Source of the DNA: the human T2T-CHM13v2.0 reference genome, Homo sapiens
Length of the DNA: 64,000 nucleotides
Assembly (NCBI RefSeq): GCF_009914755.1
Contig: NC_060930.1
Strand: one strand, 5' to 3'
Within the stretch, counting starts at the first letter, position 1. Each line of letters opens with the position of its first letter. A model generated the notes under the pieces. That model was not told the origin of the DNA. It worked only from the letters and a program-made list of their open reading frames with translations, and ran no database searches. Below are positions 12,370 to 28,483 of this stretch, one piece after another. The translations under genes were made by a program, and so were the position numbers.

Positions 12370-14270
12370 ATCCACCCTGATCTTTGAACCCAAATACCTT
12401 ATATCAAAAGGACATACAATTGAAAAGATACTGCCATATTGCTAGCATCCCATTCAGTCATTAATAATTACTCCAGTCCATCATCTCGTGTGACTGTCTT
12501 CCAGGGTGAAGCCACTCAGATTTACAGGTTTCCATCTAATCTTGTCAGCTTCCAAAAGCAGGAGGAGTCTTGGCCAACACATGCTTCACCCTTTCAGGCA
12601 GCTGACATAATTGAGCTAAGACAGGATGTCCAGGATGTCATCTTTCAAGGTATTAATGTAATACTAGGTTTCTCTCAATTTGTAATCCATTTGTTCATTC
12701 TTTTACCCTCAGCTACTATTCTTCCTTCTCTTCATTTATACCCAAACTTTTCCACCTCTGGAAGAGACATTAGGTTCAGCTACTGTGCTTGTCTACACTG
12801 CAGGCAACAATACTAGTCTAGCAGCAAGTTCCTTCCCTTCAGTTCATTCCCATTGACATAGGATAAGGTGAAACAGGTGCAAAACTGTGGATGATGATGC
12901 AGGATATTTTCATGACCCCTTTGTTGGATTAATGGCAGGGTGTCTCGTTTACTTAGCCTACCCCATTCAACCCCTTGTGGGAGGGAGCCTGTGAGCAAAC
13001 GGGCACAGGAACTGACTGGCTTCTGTGGTGCCAGCAAAAGCAAATTCCACTTGCTTGGGTCTGCTGTGCTTCACCCCTCATGGGAGGACGCATGCAGGTG
13101 AGCAAGTGCAGAAACCAGCTGCTTTAGTGCCAGCAGGAGTGAACTCTGTGCAGGCCCCATGGCAGCATCTAGCTGGAGGTGGCTGCGACCCCAAGGCCCC
13201 AGAGGGCGTGTTACAATGCTCTCTTAGCTCCATTGTCTGAAGACAGCAGTGTGTTATCAGCTCAGTGGGCCCTTTGCCTCATTTTGTGGGGTGGCTGCCC
13301 TCCACCAGCAAGGGCAAAGGGCCAGTGTGACAGCCTTTTTGGGTACCTGCACCTGGTGAGTCCCAAATTCTTATCTGGTGCCCAAGAGGAATAAGGTCCC
13401 GCAGACGAATTGAAGGATGGTGAATGTGGAGCATTTTATTGAGTAATGAAAGTGGCTCTCAGAGGAGAGGGGAGCTGGAAAGAGGATGGGAAGGGCAGGT
13501 CGCTGTCCCCTGAAGTCAAGCTGCCTCTCTACCTCTCTCTTCCAAAGTTAAGTTGCCTCATCCAGCCACCATCTCTGAAGTCGAAGTTGCCTCTCCCCAG
13601 TGTCCAGCTGCTTCTTCTGATGTCCAGCCACTTCTTCTCTCTGTCAGCTGAGTATGGGTTCTTTATAGGCACAGGATGGGATCAAGGGGGCTGTAGGTAG
13701 TTTTGGAAAAGGCAACATTCAATTGGTAAAAAGACATTACTCAGAACCAATCAGGAGAGAGTGGGCTAACAGAAATGGAAGTTCTCACTTTGGGCCGTGG
13801 GTTTCAGGCTTTTTGTCTCGAAGGTGGGGTTTTGCCAGAGACCTACCCCATTTGTCTAGAATTTCTGTGCCTTCTGTTGCTAACACTGTTTTTACCACCA
13901 GGCCATATAGTTGCATTTACTGCTAACCCCAATTATGCTAGATGGAGTGAAGTACAACCCACTTCTATCAGGCCCTTAGGAATTCTAGCATAAGATTTCT
14001 TAGGAATTATACCTACTTCCAGCACTTGTAGTCGTAGCCCTGGTCCTGTGACCACTGCATCAGGTAGGGAGATAAAAGTTGAGGTAATACATGGAGAAAA
14101 GGAAAAAAGTAGGATCATTATACCAGCATATTCCCCCCTTGGCAAGAATCGCATAGTCATACCTGCATACTCTCCAATCCCTCTTCCTCAGATGCACCAG
14201 AAAAATGGAGAATTTTAGATCCTTTAGTTCCACTAGTGTTGAGTGTGAGCACACAGTCATGAAGGTGTGT
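12370..14270 (-). mobile_element. MER21-associated internal sequence (3' end), interrupted by MER52
   Basis: PPT-like cagggtggat on the minus strand abuts the LTR; degenerate pol-end/dUTPase-like frames on both sides of MER52. Confidence 0.6.
12895..13885 (-). mobile_element. MER52-type LTR, internally deleted
   Basis: tgatgcaggatattttc...aaccccttgtgggagggagc start; GC-rich body; ttttatt near 13434; ends ctagaatttctgtgccttctgttgctaaca. Confidence 0.7.
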
Positions 14271-16598
14271 AATCCAATCTTTATGCTTTTAAATAGTGGT
14301 TTTAAATCAATGTTTTAATTGCCTGTTCTACTTCCCTATCAAACCATTACTCTAAGGAGAATATCTCTCTGCCTATTGCTGGACATTACAGGCTGTACAG
14401 TGTGTTCCTTAGTCTGAAGAAATGATATTGGCCAATAAATCCATGCAATATCTTATTTTCTGGTTTATATCTATATCTCCTTTTTCCCAGATATGAACCA
14501 CAATTCTTAAGGTTACTGGTAAATACAATTAGCGTATTACATAATTGTTTATTTCCTTTAACCCACACAACATGCAATAGTTTCAGAATAACAGTACTAA
14601 ATGCAACCAACAATATGATTACTGAAAATAGTTTTGATCTTTTTGTTTTTCATCTCTTTTGTGCTGCAATGATATCACTGTGTTTTAAACTCACTTGGAA
14701 TAGTTAGCCTCTATGTTTATGCCTCCAACTAAGTATACAATTAAGTTAATTTGTTATGTTTTATTCTCAATTTGTAGATGTCTTTTAAAAAATTATCTTT
14801 TGTTTTACAATAAGGTAGGAAATTCACATGGCTCCAAAGTCAAACATACCAAGCAGTTTGTAGTAAGCACAATCACATCTCCCTAACGATGTTTACCTCC
14901 TAAACCAGATGTGTGGTGCAAGAAAAGGGTCCAATTTCATTCTTTTGCACGTGGATATTTGGTTATCCCAACACCACTTATTGAAGAGACTCTCTTTTCT
15001 TCATTTTGTCTTCTTGGTGCTCTTGTCAAAAATTTGTTGAATGTATATAGATGGTTAATTTTGGGCTCTCTATTCGGTTCCATTGGTCTGTTTCACAGTA
15101 TCATACTGTTTTGATTAATGTAGCTTTACATGTTTTGAAGTCAGAAAGTGTAAGGCCTCCAGCTTTGTTGTTTCTCAAGATTGCTTTGTCTATTTGGGTT
15201 CAGCTATTGTTTGTCTAAATTTTATGGTTCCATATACATTTTAGGATTCTTTTTCTACTTCTGCCAAAAAATGTGACTGGTATTTTTATAAGGATTACTT
15301 TGAATCTGTAGGTCACTTTGGGTAATGTGGACATCTTAACAATGTTAAGTACATTCCATGTACATATGGTGTCTTTTCATTTATTTATGCCTTCTTTAAT
15401 TTTTTTAATCAATAGTCTATAGTTTTCAGGGCATAAGTCTTCACCTCCTTGTTTGAACTTATTCTTTAGTATTTTACTCTTTTGAATGCCATTGTAAATG
15501 AGATTGTTTTCTTAATTTATGTTTGCTTTGATTTTTTGTAGTGTATAGAAATGTGACTGATTTTTGTATCTTAATCCCACAACTTGGATTTAGGTAGTTT
15601 TATCCTGAAACTTTGCTGAGTTAATTTTTCAATTCTAACAGTTTTTGTGTGGCATTGTTTTGGTTTTCTACTTATAACATTATGACATCTGTGAACAAAG
15701 ATAATGTGACTTCTTCCTTTCAGATTTGGATGACTTTTATTTTTTATCTTGCCTAATTGCTCTAGCTACGACTTCTAGAACTATGTTGAATAAAAGTAGT
15801 GACAGTAGGTATCCTTGCCTTTTACCTGATCTTGAGAAAAAGCTTTTAGCTTTTAGCTATCGAGTATGATATTAGCTATGGACTTTTCATTTCCTTTGTT
15901 ATTGGAAAGTAATTTCCTTCTATTCCTAGTTTGTTGAGTGTTTTTGTCATGAAAGAGTGTTGAACATTCTCAAATGCTCTTTCTGCATCTATGGAAATCA
16001 CCATGTCATTTTTATTCTTTGTTATGTTAATGTGGTATGTCATTATGATTGATTTTTGTATGTTGAACTGTCCTTTCATTCCAGGAAAAATTTCACTTTG
16101 CTATGGTATATAGTGCCATTAATGTACTGCTAAATTTGGTTTGCTAGGTGACAATTTTTGCATCTCTATTCAGATTGGTCTTGAATTTTTTTTCTTGTAG
16201 CCTCTTTGTCTGCCTTTGGTATCGGGGAAATGTTGGCTTCATAAAATGAGTTTGAAAATATTCCCTTCTCTTCACTTTTTTTGGAAGAGTTTAAGAAGGA
16301 TTTGGCATTAATTATTTAAATTTTGATGGAATTAACTAGTGAAGCTATCTGGTCATGGGCTCTTCATTGTTGGGAGGTGTTTGATTGTGATTCTATCATT
16401 TTACTAGTTTTAGGTCTGTTCAGATTTTCTATTTATCATGGTTCGGACTTGGTAGGTTGTATGTTTCTAGGAATTTATTCGTTTATTCTAGGTTACCGAT
16501 GTGTTGATGTATAATTGTTCATACTAGTGTTCTGTAATACTTTTTATTTCTGTGTTATCTTTTTTAATGTTTCCTCTTTCATTTCTGATTTTATTTGA

Positions 16599-16960
<362 letters not shown>

Positions 16961-17572
16961 TAACTAAAGGTTTGTCAATTTTATTGATCTCTTCAAGAAA
17001 GAATCTTTACATTTATTTTTTTTTTTTTTACTGTTTTTCTATTCTCTATTTCATTTATTTCTGCTCTAATCTTATTGTTTTTTTCCTTCTGTAACTTTGG
17101 ACTTAGTTTGTTCTTTTTCTAGTTCCTTGAGGTTAGATTACTAATTTGAGATATATGTATATTTTTATACATAAAGTTTACACTATAAACTTTCTTCTTA
17201 GTACTGCTTTTACTGCATCCCATGAGTTTTGGTATATTGTGTTTCTATTTTCATTTGTCTCAAGATATTTCCTAATTTACCTTCTGATTTCTTTTGGACC
17301 CACAGGTAGTTCAAGAGTGTGTTGTTTAATTTCTAAATATTTGTGAATTTTGCAGTTTTTCTATTGTTACTGCTTTCTAGTTTTATCACATTGTGGCCAG
17401 AAAAGATACTTGGTATGATTTCAATCATCATAAATTTGCTAAGATTTATTTTTTAACCTAACATATGTTTTATCCTGGATGATGTTTTATGTGCACTTGA
17501 GAAAAATGTATATTCTATACCAGCTGGATGGATAATACAGTACATGTTTCTTAGGTTCATTTGGTCTGTAGG

Positions 17573-19941
17573 TGATATCATTTGGAGTTGTGTCCCTGCC
17601 AAAATCTCATGTTGAATTGTAATTCCAATGTTGGATGAGGGGGCCTAATGGGAGGTGACTGGATCATAGGGGCAGAATTCCCCCTTGCTGTTCTTGTGAT
17701 AGTGGGTGAGTTCTCACTAGATTTGGTTGTTTAAAAGTGTATAGCACCTCCCCCTACTTTCTCTTCTTCCTGTTCCAGCCATTAAGATGTGCCTCCTTTC
17801 TTTTCACCTTCTGCCATGATTGTAAGTTTCCTGAGGCCTCCCCAGCCATGCTTTATGTACAGCCTGTGGAACTGTGAGTCAGTTAAACCCCTTTTCTTTA
17901 TAAATTACCCAGTCTCAGGCATTTTTTATAGCAATGTGAGAATGGACTAATGCAGAAAATTGGTACCAAGAGTGGGGTATTGCTATAAAGGTACCTGAAA
18001 ATGTGGAAGCAGTTTCAGAACTGGGTAAAGGGCAGAGACTGGAACAGTTTGGATGGCTTAGAAGAAGACAGGAAGATGAGGGAAAGTTTGAAACTTTCTA
18101 GAGACTTGTTAAATTGTTGTGACCAAAATGCTGTTGGTGATATGGTTAACGAGGTCCAGGCTGAGGAGGTCTCAGATGGAGATGAGGAACTTATTGGGAA
18201 CTGGAGCAAAGGTCAATTGTTAATCATTAGCAAAGAGGTTGGAGGCATTGTGCTCCTGCACTAGAGATCTGTGGAATGTTGAACTTGAGATTGATGATTT
18301 ATGGTATCTGGCAGAAGAAATTTCTAAGCAGCAAAATGTTCAAGATGTGGTCTGGCTGCTTCTAGCAGCCTATGCTTATATTTGTGAGCAAACAAATGAC
18401 CTGAAACTGGAACTTATATTTGAAAGGGGAGCAGAGGGTAACAGTTTGGAAAATTTGAAGTCTGGCCATGTAGTAGAAAAGACAAATCCATTTTCTGGGG
18501 AGGAATTCAAGCTGACTGCAGAACTTTGCATAAGTAAAGAAGAGCTGAATGTTAACAGCCAAGACAATGGGGAAAGTGCCTCGAAGGCATTTCAGAGACC
18601 TTTGCAGCAGCCCCTCCTGTAACAGGCCCAGAGGCCTAGGAAGGAAGAATGGTCTTGCAGGCCAGGTCCAGGGCCCTGCTGCCAGGCACAACCTTGGGAC
18701 ACTGCTCCCTGTGTCCTAGCTGCTCCAGCTCCAGTTGTGGCTAAAAGGGCCCCAGATATGTCTCAGGCTGCTGTTCCAGAGGGTGCAAACCATAAGCCTT
18801 GGTGGCTTCCATGTGGTGTTAAGCCTGCAGGTGCCCAGAGGGTAATTGTTGATGCTTGGGAGTTTTCACCTAGATTTCAGAGGGTGTATGGAACCACCTG
18901 GATGTCCAGGCAGATGTCTTCTTTGGGGCATAGCCATCATGGAAAACCTCTACTAGGGCAGTGCAGAGGGGAATTGTGAGGCTGGAATCACCATACAGGG
19001 TCCCCAATGGGGCACTGCCTAGTGGAGCTGTGAGAAGAGGGCCACTGGCCCCGAGACCCCAGAATGCACCATTCACCTGGAAGAGCCACAGGCACTCAAT
19101 GCCAGCACATGAAAGCAGCCAAGGGGGCTGCATCCTACACAGCCACTGGGACAGAGATGTCCAAGGCCTTGGGAGACCACCTTTGGCATCAGTGTTTCTT
19201 GGATGTGAGACATGGAGTCAAAGGAGAATATTTTGGAGCTTTAAGATTTAACAACTGCCCTTCTGGGTTTTGGACTTGCATGGGGCCTGTAGCCCCTTTG
19301 TTTTGGCTGATTTCTCCCTTTTGGAATGGGAGTATTTAACCAGTGCTTATACCCCCATTATATTTTGGAAGTAACCAATTGTTTTCGATTCTACAGGCTC
19401 ATGGGTGGAATCAACTTGCTTTGTCTCAGATGAGTCTTTGGACTGTGGACTTTTGAGTTAATGCTGGAATGAATTAAGACTTTGAGGGAACTGTTGGGAA
19501 GGCATGATTGGTTTTGAAATGTAAGAAGGACATGAGATTTGGGAGGGGCTGGGGTGGAATAATATGGTTTGGATTAGTCTCCCTGCCCAAATCTCATGTC
19601 GAACTGTGATTCCCAGTGTTGGAGGATGGGGCCTGGTGGGAGATGATTGGATCATGGGAGCAGATTTCCTCCTTGCTATTCTTATGATAGTGAGTGAGTT
19701 CTCACTAGATCTGGTTGTTTAAAAGTGTGTAGCACCTCCCCCAGCTCTCTTCTTCCTGTTCTATCCATGTAAGACATGCCTCCTTCCTTTTCACCTTCTG
19801 CCATGATTGTAAGTTTCCTGAGGCCTCCCCAGCCATGCTTCCTGTGCAACGTGCAGAACTGTAAGTCAATTAAACCTCTTTTCTTTATAAATTACTTAGT
19901 CTCAGGTAGTTCTTTATAAGCAATACAAGAATGGATCAATA
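17573..19941 (+). mobile_element. Full-length MST (MSTA-like) MaLR: LTR 17573-17954, internal 17955-19559, LTR 19560-19941
   Basis: Two homologous ~380-bp LTRs; internal region starts gaaaattggtacc; PPT ggaggggctggggtggaa; 5-bp TSD gtagg/atagg. Confidence 0.92.
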
Positions 19942-20561
19942 ATAGGGTTTCACAAATCCTGTTTTGTTATTGATCTTCTGTTTGGATAATGGTCTATTCA
20001 TTCTTGACTGTGGGGTATTGGAATCTCCTACTATTATTGTGTTGCTATCTATTTCTCCCTTCAGTTCTGTCAATGTTTGTTTTATGTGTTGGGTCCATAT
20101 ATATTTATTATTGTTATATATCCTTGGCAAACTGACCCTATTATCATTATATAGTGACCTTCTTTGTCTCTTGTGACCAATTTGACTTATAGGCTCTTTT
20201 ATCAGATATAGGTGTGGTCACCCTGTTCTTTTTGGTTACCATTTGTGTGAAATATCTTCATCCTTTCACTTAGACACTATATCTGATATCTAGAGTGAGT
20301 CTCTTTTTATGTAATTGACAGAGTCATAGACATGATACAGTTAAATCTTATTTTTTTCTTAAAATCCACTTAGCCACTCTATGTCATGTGATGTGGGAGT
20401 TTAATCCTTTAACCTTTAAAGAATTACTAATAGGGAAGGACTTACTATTGCCATTTTGTTGATTGTTTTCTGTCTTGGAGCTTTTTGTCACTTTTCCTCT
20501 CTTGCCATTTTCCTTTGTGTTTTGTTGAACTTCTCAGTTACATACTTTGAGTCATTTCTAA

Positions 20562-20984
<423 letters not shown>

Positions 20985-21868
20985 TAAAACATGTTATAGT
21001 TATAACAGTCTATTTAAAGCTTATAACAACTCAATTTTAATCACATAAAAAACTGCTCTTTTACTTTTCCCCTCTACTTACTGTCACAGATTACATATTT
21101 GATGTAATATGTATTTGATGTAATTGTTACTCCTCATCATCAGTTACACAAATCATTACATTTGTGTAAACTGTAATTGATATCATGAGTTCTATTTTTA
21201 ATGTGTACCCATTAACATATTTTATAGTTATACACTTATAAGGCAGGTCTAGTAGTAATAAACTTCTTTAGATTTTGTTTATTTGGAAAAGTCTTTATTT
21301 CTTCATTTTTGAAGGATAGTTTTTCTAGGTAATAGCATTCTGGATTGGCAGCTTTTTTTTTTTTTTTTTTTAAGAATTTGAATTTCCATTCCCTCAGCCT
21401 ACAAAGTTTCTGCTGAGAAATCTGCTGATTGTCTTATGGAAGCTCCCTAGTATGTAATTACTTGCTCTTCTCTTGCTGCTTTCAAAGTTGTCTTTGTCTT
21501 TGACCTTTGCCAATTTGATCATAAAGTGTTGTGGTTTGCACTTCATCAGTTTATCTAGTTAGAGATATTTGAACTTCTCAAATCTGGGTGTCCATTTCTT
21601 TCCCTAGATTTTGGAGGTGTTAGACCATTATTTCTTCAAAAAAACTTTCTGTTTCTTTCTCTCTGCCTTCCCCCTTCTTCTTCTGAGACTTACATTATGT
21701 GTCCATTGGCCCACTTGACAGTGGCTTATACGTCCCTTATGTTTTATTTACTCTTTTTCATTCTTTTTTTTCTCTCCTCTCACTGGGTAATTTCAAATGA
21801 CCTGTTTTTGAATTTTCTAATTAATTCTTCCATTTGACCAAGTCTACTGTTGAAACTCTCTGGTACAT

Positions 21869-22292
<424 letters not shown>

Positions 22293-24130
22293 TAATTGTA
22301 TGTTTCAGTCACTAAATTATTGTTTGGTCCTATTTAATATTTTCTATCTCTTTGTTAACATTCTCATTTTGTTCTTGCATCATTATCCTGAATTTTTTAA
22401 ATATCTTTATTACGTTTCTTTTCAATGTTTTATTAGGTAATTCACATACGTTCATTTATATAGGGTCAGTTCCTGGAGACTTATTTTGTTTTGTTTTGTT
22501 TTGTTTTGTTTTTGATAGGGCAATGTTTCCTGTTTCTTTATGTGCCTTGTAACTTTGTGTTGGGATCCATGCATTTGAAAAAACAGCTGCTTCTCCCACT
22601 CTTTGTGGACTAGATTTGTACAGAGAAAGACCTTCACAATTAGCTACTCCTCTTAAACCTTTTTTTTATGTATGTGTCTTCCCTGGAGTTACATGTGTGA
22701 ATTATCAATTAGAAGGATCTTCTGTTTTTCTTTTCAGGCACTCCTAATCTCTTTTTTTCTCTAATGATTGTGCCTTGAGCAGCTCCCTGAAAAGACAGAA
22801 CATTGGGTACATGGTGCACTCTTTTCTCCATTTCCCCCACAATGGAGAGGTCACTGAGCTGTGACAGCCACTGTCTGCTGCACTGTGGGTCTTCTGGGAT
22901 ATAAGCAAACTACCTGTCTCTCTTTTGTTCTCAGGAGCTCCCAGGCCTCTACAGTTTGCTGGGTCCCATTACTTTCTGAGACAGGTGAGATGGAAACAAG
23001 TCTCTTGGGAAGGCTCCCAAAAAGCCCATTGTCATAGAAAGCACCTGGCTTCTAATGTAAGTGTGAGAATTGGAGAGAAATATCTTGGTAAAAGATAGAA
23101 ATAGGAGAGAAAAAGTATGTCAAATTCCAGGTCTAAATAGGGGGATCTCTATTGACTTTATTCTGTGTTTTTCTCTAACATACCAATATGATTAAAGTAA
23201 TAACTTGCTTAACAGCAACTGGGTGTAAACACTGTTATTTTTATTTATTTTCCAAATGAGATAAAATCTGTCTTTGAGCTCTAATGTGTCTAGTTGAAAA
23301 GAGATTAAATTTATTGTTTATTTAGGTTACTCTTGCCCAACTTCATCAAAGTGGGGGCTGGGGTAATGCTATTGCTATCCAGAAAACTTGATGAAATCTT
23401 TCTTGTTCTTAGTCTATTAAACCGTTTCACTATCATCTGCAGCTCCTGAATCTGTCTGCTGGTGTGTTCTTGTGCATTGTTATCTATGGCCATCTCTGAA
23501 ATGAATATTCTAGTGTATTTCCAGTTTAGAAAAAGTGCAGGGGACAGAAGAACATGTTAAAGAATACCACAGGGATGCAACAAAGAGGTTTATTTTCTGA
23601 GCCCATGGTGACTATTGGAAAACCAGCAACTCTGCTGCTTAGGCTATTTCCCTGCTTTGTGTCAGCTAAACCTTTAGAGTAGGGGTTTGGTGCCTAGCCT
23701 CACATGTCAACACCATCAGAGGTCCTACCTCCTCCTGCAGCACTGTGGAAAGTGCTGTTCCCATTTTCATCACCAGCAGTTTATACTATACATCAGCATA
23801 GTTTGCCACTGGGATTAGGACTTTTCTCTTATTCTTTCAAATGAATGAATTCTTGCTTAGAATAATCCAGTATTTTTTCCTCTATTAGTATGTTAGTTAG
23901 CTATAGCTACTGGAACAAAGTACCACAAAATAGATGGCTGTAAAAGGCAGATGTTTGTTCTTTTAAAGTTCTGGAGGCTACAAGCCCAAAACAAGATGTA
24001 GGCAGGGTGGGTTCCTTCTGAGGGCTCTAATGGAGAATTTGGTTCATGCCTTTCTTCTAGCTTCTGGTGATGTCTCACAATTGTTGACATCCTGTGGTAT
24101 TATCTCTATGTGTCTCTGTCTTTGTCTCTG

Positions 24131-24315
24131 TTTTTTTTTGTTTGTTTGTTTGTTTGTTTGTTTGTTTCGAGACAGGGTCTTTTTCTGTTACACAGGCTGG
24201 AGTGCAGTGGCACAATCATATCTCACTGCAGCCTTGATCTCTTTGTCTCAAGTGATCCTCTCACTTTGACCTCTCAAAGTTCTAGGATTACAAGCATAAG
24301 CCACCACTCCTGGCC
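24131..24315 (-). mobile_element. FRAM/AluJ-type monomer
   Basis: Single Alu monomer with (TTTG)n tail. Confidence 0.85.
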
Positions 24316-24329
24316 CTGTCTCTGTGTTC

Positions 24330-24642
24330 TTTTCTTTTCTTTCTTTCTTTTTTTGTTTTGTTTTGTTTTGTTTTGTTTTGAGACAGAGTCTCCCTCTGTC
24401 ACCCAGGCTGGAGTGCAGTGGTGTGATCTTGGCTCACTACATTTTCCAGGCTCAAGTGATTCTCAGCCTCCTGAGTAGCTGAGATTTCAGGGATGTGCCA
24501 TCACATCCAGCTAATTTTTGTATTTTTAGTAGAGATGGGGTTTTACCATGTTGGCTAGGCTGGTCTCAAACTCCTGGCATCAAGTGATCCATCTGCCTCA
24601 GCCTCCCAAAGTGTTGGAATTACAGGCATGAGCCACCATGCC
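24330..24642 (-). mobile_element. Old Alu (J/S) with (TTTTG)n tail
   Basis: Alu dimer with small deletions. Confidence 0.9.
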
Positions 24643-24897
24643 TCTGTTTTCTTTTCCTATAAGAAACTGGTCATATTGGAAGGGTGCACCATACTCCAGT
24701 ATTATCTTAATTAATTATATTGGCAAGTACTTTATTTCCAAATGAGGGTGTATTCTAAGATATGGATGTTAAGACTTCAATATTTCTTTTTAGGGGTCAC
24801 AATTCAACCCATAACAACTTGTCTGATCTTGTGCATGCTACCCTAGGAAGCCCACCGCTCCCCTCATCCCACCTCCAATTTTAAAACACAAAACTTA

Positions 24898-25155
<258 letters not shown>

Positions 25156-25879
25156 TCATAGAAAAAATTTAAAGATAATCACTACTATGTTTTTAAATTG
25201 GTAATATCTTTATTATTTTTGCTGATTATAAGTGGAATGTATTCCAACTATAAAAGTTTAAACAATTTAGAAACATGAGTAGAATATAAAACAGACCAGT
25301 TTCCTGATATAACAGAGAAGGTGAAAGAAAAGAACAAATTGTTGTGGACTTAGTTATTAGAACCAACCCTCCTTCTGAAAAGACCTACAATTTTGGGAAA
25401 AATAGAAAAGATTTTTTTTTTTTGCAATCATTGAAAAGCTGCCAAGATGTAAGAAATTCCCCAGCTAAAATCTAAGGGAAAATGAAAGCTCAGGAAGGTA
25501 AGCAAAGCACAGAAGCCTCTTGGGTTCTAAAGGCATTTGCTGGTCTGGGAAGGTTGATCTTTGGTTTCGATGGCCTTAGAAGATGACAGAAAGCAAATTC
25601 CATGATCTGCCTAAGAAGGGGAGAAAACACTCCCCACGTTAAGATGGGTTCAAAAGGCTATACCATAAGGGTAAAGTAATCAGAAGTGAACTCTCACCAG
25701 GTATCTATAAGAAAGGCTGCTCTGAAGTTTATCAGAGGTGATGTGGAGGGCAGGGACCTTATTCCTGAGAAACAGTAACATGTAGCACTTCTCATGGATG
25801 TTCAGCATAAATTCTTGTCTCCTGCATGGCCAATTTTTTTTAAGCCTTGAGTTTATTTAAAACTGATCTTGGTATAATC

Positions 25880-26580
25880 ACCTTGGAAAACAGTTTGGTA
25901 GATTTTGTAAAGTTAATCTGTGCCTACCACCTGACCCAGGAACTCCATCCCCAAGAGAAACAAAAACATATGTTTACAAAAATATTTGTAAATGCCTGTT
26001 CATTTATGTGAATGGGACTATTCATGAATAGTAGCCTTATTGAAAATGACTAAAATCTGGAAACAATTCAAATGTCCATGAGCTGTTGACTGGATAAATG
26101 AATTGTGGTATATTTATAACTTGAGTTACTATTGAGATATAAGGACAAATTGCTGATACATACAACAACATGGATGATTCTCAGAAATGTTATGCTGAAT
26201 AAGAGTAGGCAGACGCAAGAGTATAAAAAAGCAAAAAGTGTGCAATGTAATTTGTGTCAAATTCTAGAGCAAGCTAAACTAATTTATAGTGACAGAAAGC
26301 AGATTAGTGGTTCATTAGGGTTTAAGGTGGGAAAAACAGACTGCAAATAGACACAAGGTAAATTTCTTTTTTTAAAAAATTTGAAGTTCAGGGGTACAAG
26401 TGCCAGTTCGTTACATAGGTAAACTGACAAACAGTAATTTTCTAAGGAGAAAATTCTACTTGTTGACATTGACAGTGGTTACACAGTTTGTAAACTCTTG
26501 TTAAAAGGCACTGATATGTATTATTAAAGTATGCAAGTATTGTTTTATGTGGTTTCCCAATAATATTGTTTAAAAAGTTA
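25880..26580 (+). mobile_element. L1ME/L1MC-type 3' end fragment
   Basis: ttggaaaacagtttgg...ctggaaacaattcaaatgtcca...tggataaatgaattgtggtata...acaacatggatgattctca. Confidence 0.8.
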
Positions 26581-27563
26581 GAAAAAAAGTGGTCATTTTA
26601 CTAATAGTGCCACTACGCATTTACCACTGGGTAGAGATATCTTTATCTTAGGCCTCAAAAAGTCTCCACAAATAAATTTTCATGGATAGTGCCTAGCACA
26701 CAATTTAAAGAGTGTACATAGATTCACTGCATTATGGGCACAAAAAGAGAAAAAGGAAAAAGCAGAAACATCAGTTTGCAGAAATAAACTCGTAAGCACT
26801 TCAGGCAGTGAAAATGTCAGCCATGGATTGATCGTAAAACAATCAGGTTTGCTGTGTTTAAAGAAAAAAATATATGCAGGAATAGAACCCTATAAAAAGT
26901 GACCTACCAAATCTAAAAAAGAACCAAATGGAGTAATAAATGGAAAATAGAAAGACTAAACTTTAAAAATTTGTTGGATGTGTTTAACAAAAGATTAAAT
27001 TCTACCACAGATAAAATTAGTTAACTGAAACATAGGGGAGAATGTTTCATCTAGCCTGTATTATTGAGACACAAAGAGATGCAAAATATAGAAGGAGGGT
27101 AAGAAGGTGAGGAGAATAAAGTGAGCTCTAACAAATAAGTGGAGTTCTAAAGAAAGAGAATGAGAGAGGCAATATTTGAGAAGATGAAATCTGAGAATTT
27201 TCTGGAATTAAAAATCAGAAATTCACAAATATGGGACGCACACTAAGTACAAAGACGTCCTCATCTAGCCTCAAATAAATATGATAAAATAACAAATACT
27301 AATAAAAATTATGCTAGCTAAAGGCAAGAGAAAATGTTTAAAGCAATTATTTTCAAAATATTATCAGAGAGTGAAAAGCAGACTTCTCAACAGCAACAAT
27401 TTAAACAAGAAGACAATTTGCTGAAGGAAAATAGTTTCCAATCTTATATTCTGTAAGCAACAAAAAAATACCTTTTTCAAAAATGACCTTTAAAAAAGGC
27501 ATTTTCAGATAAATGTCACTGTCAGCTGAGCATTACTAAATGAAATTTTAATGAATATACTTC

Positions 27564-28224
<661 letters not shown>

Positions 28225-28483
28225 AAGAGTATACTTCAGGCAAAAGAAAATAATTCCAGTGGAAGACATAACATGCAAGAAAAAGTAAAGAGCAATGAAA
28301 GTGAGAAGTATCTAGATAATCCTAAAGGAAAAAGATGAACATTAATATTTAATAGGATTGAAAAAAAACAGAGTTAATACTCCAACAATAACATATAAAT
28401 TAGGAAAAGGGCAAATGAAATTAAATTTTTTCTGAGGTCCATTCATTGTCTAGGAGGAGGATATCTTTAGATTTTGTTAAGTA

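Larger units (their letters stand above)
23890..24816 (-). mobile_element. MLT1B/C MaLR LTR interrupted by two Alu-family inserts
   Basis: aacaaagtaccacaaa...agttctggaggct...ggttccttctgagggct; ends cacaattcaacccataaca. Confidence 0.8.
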
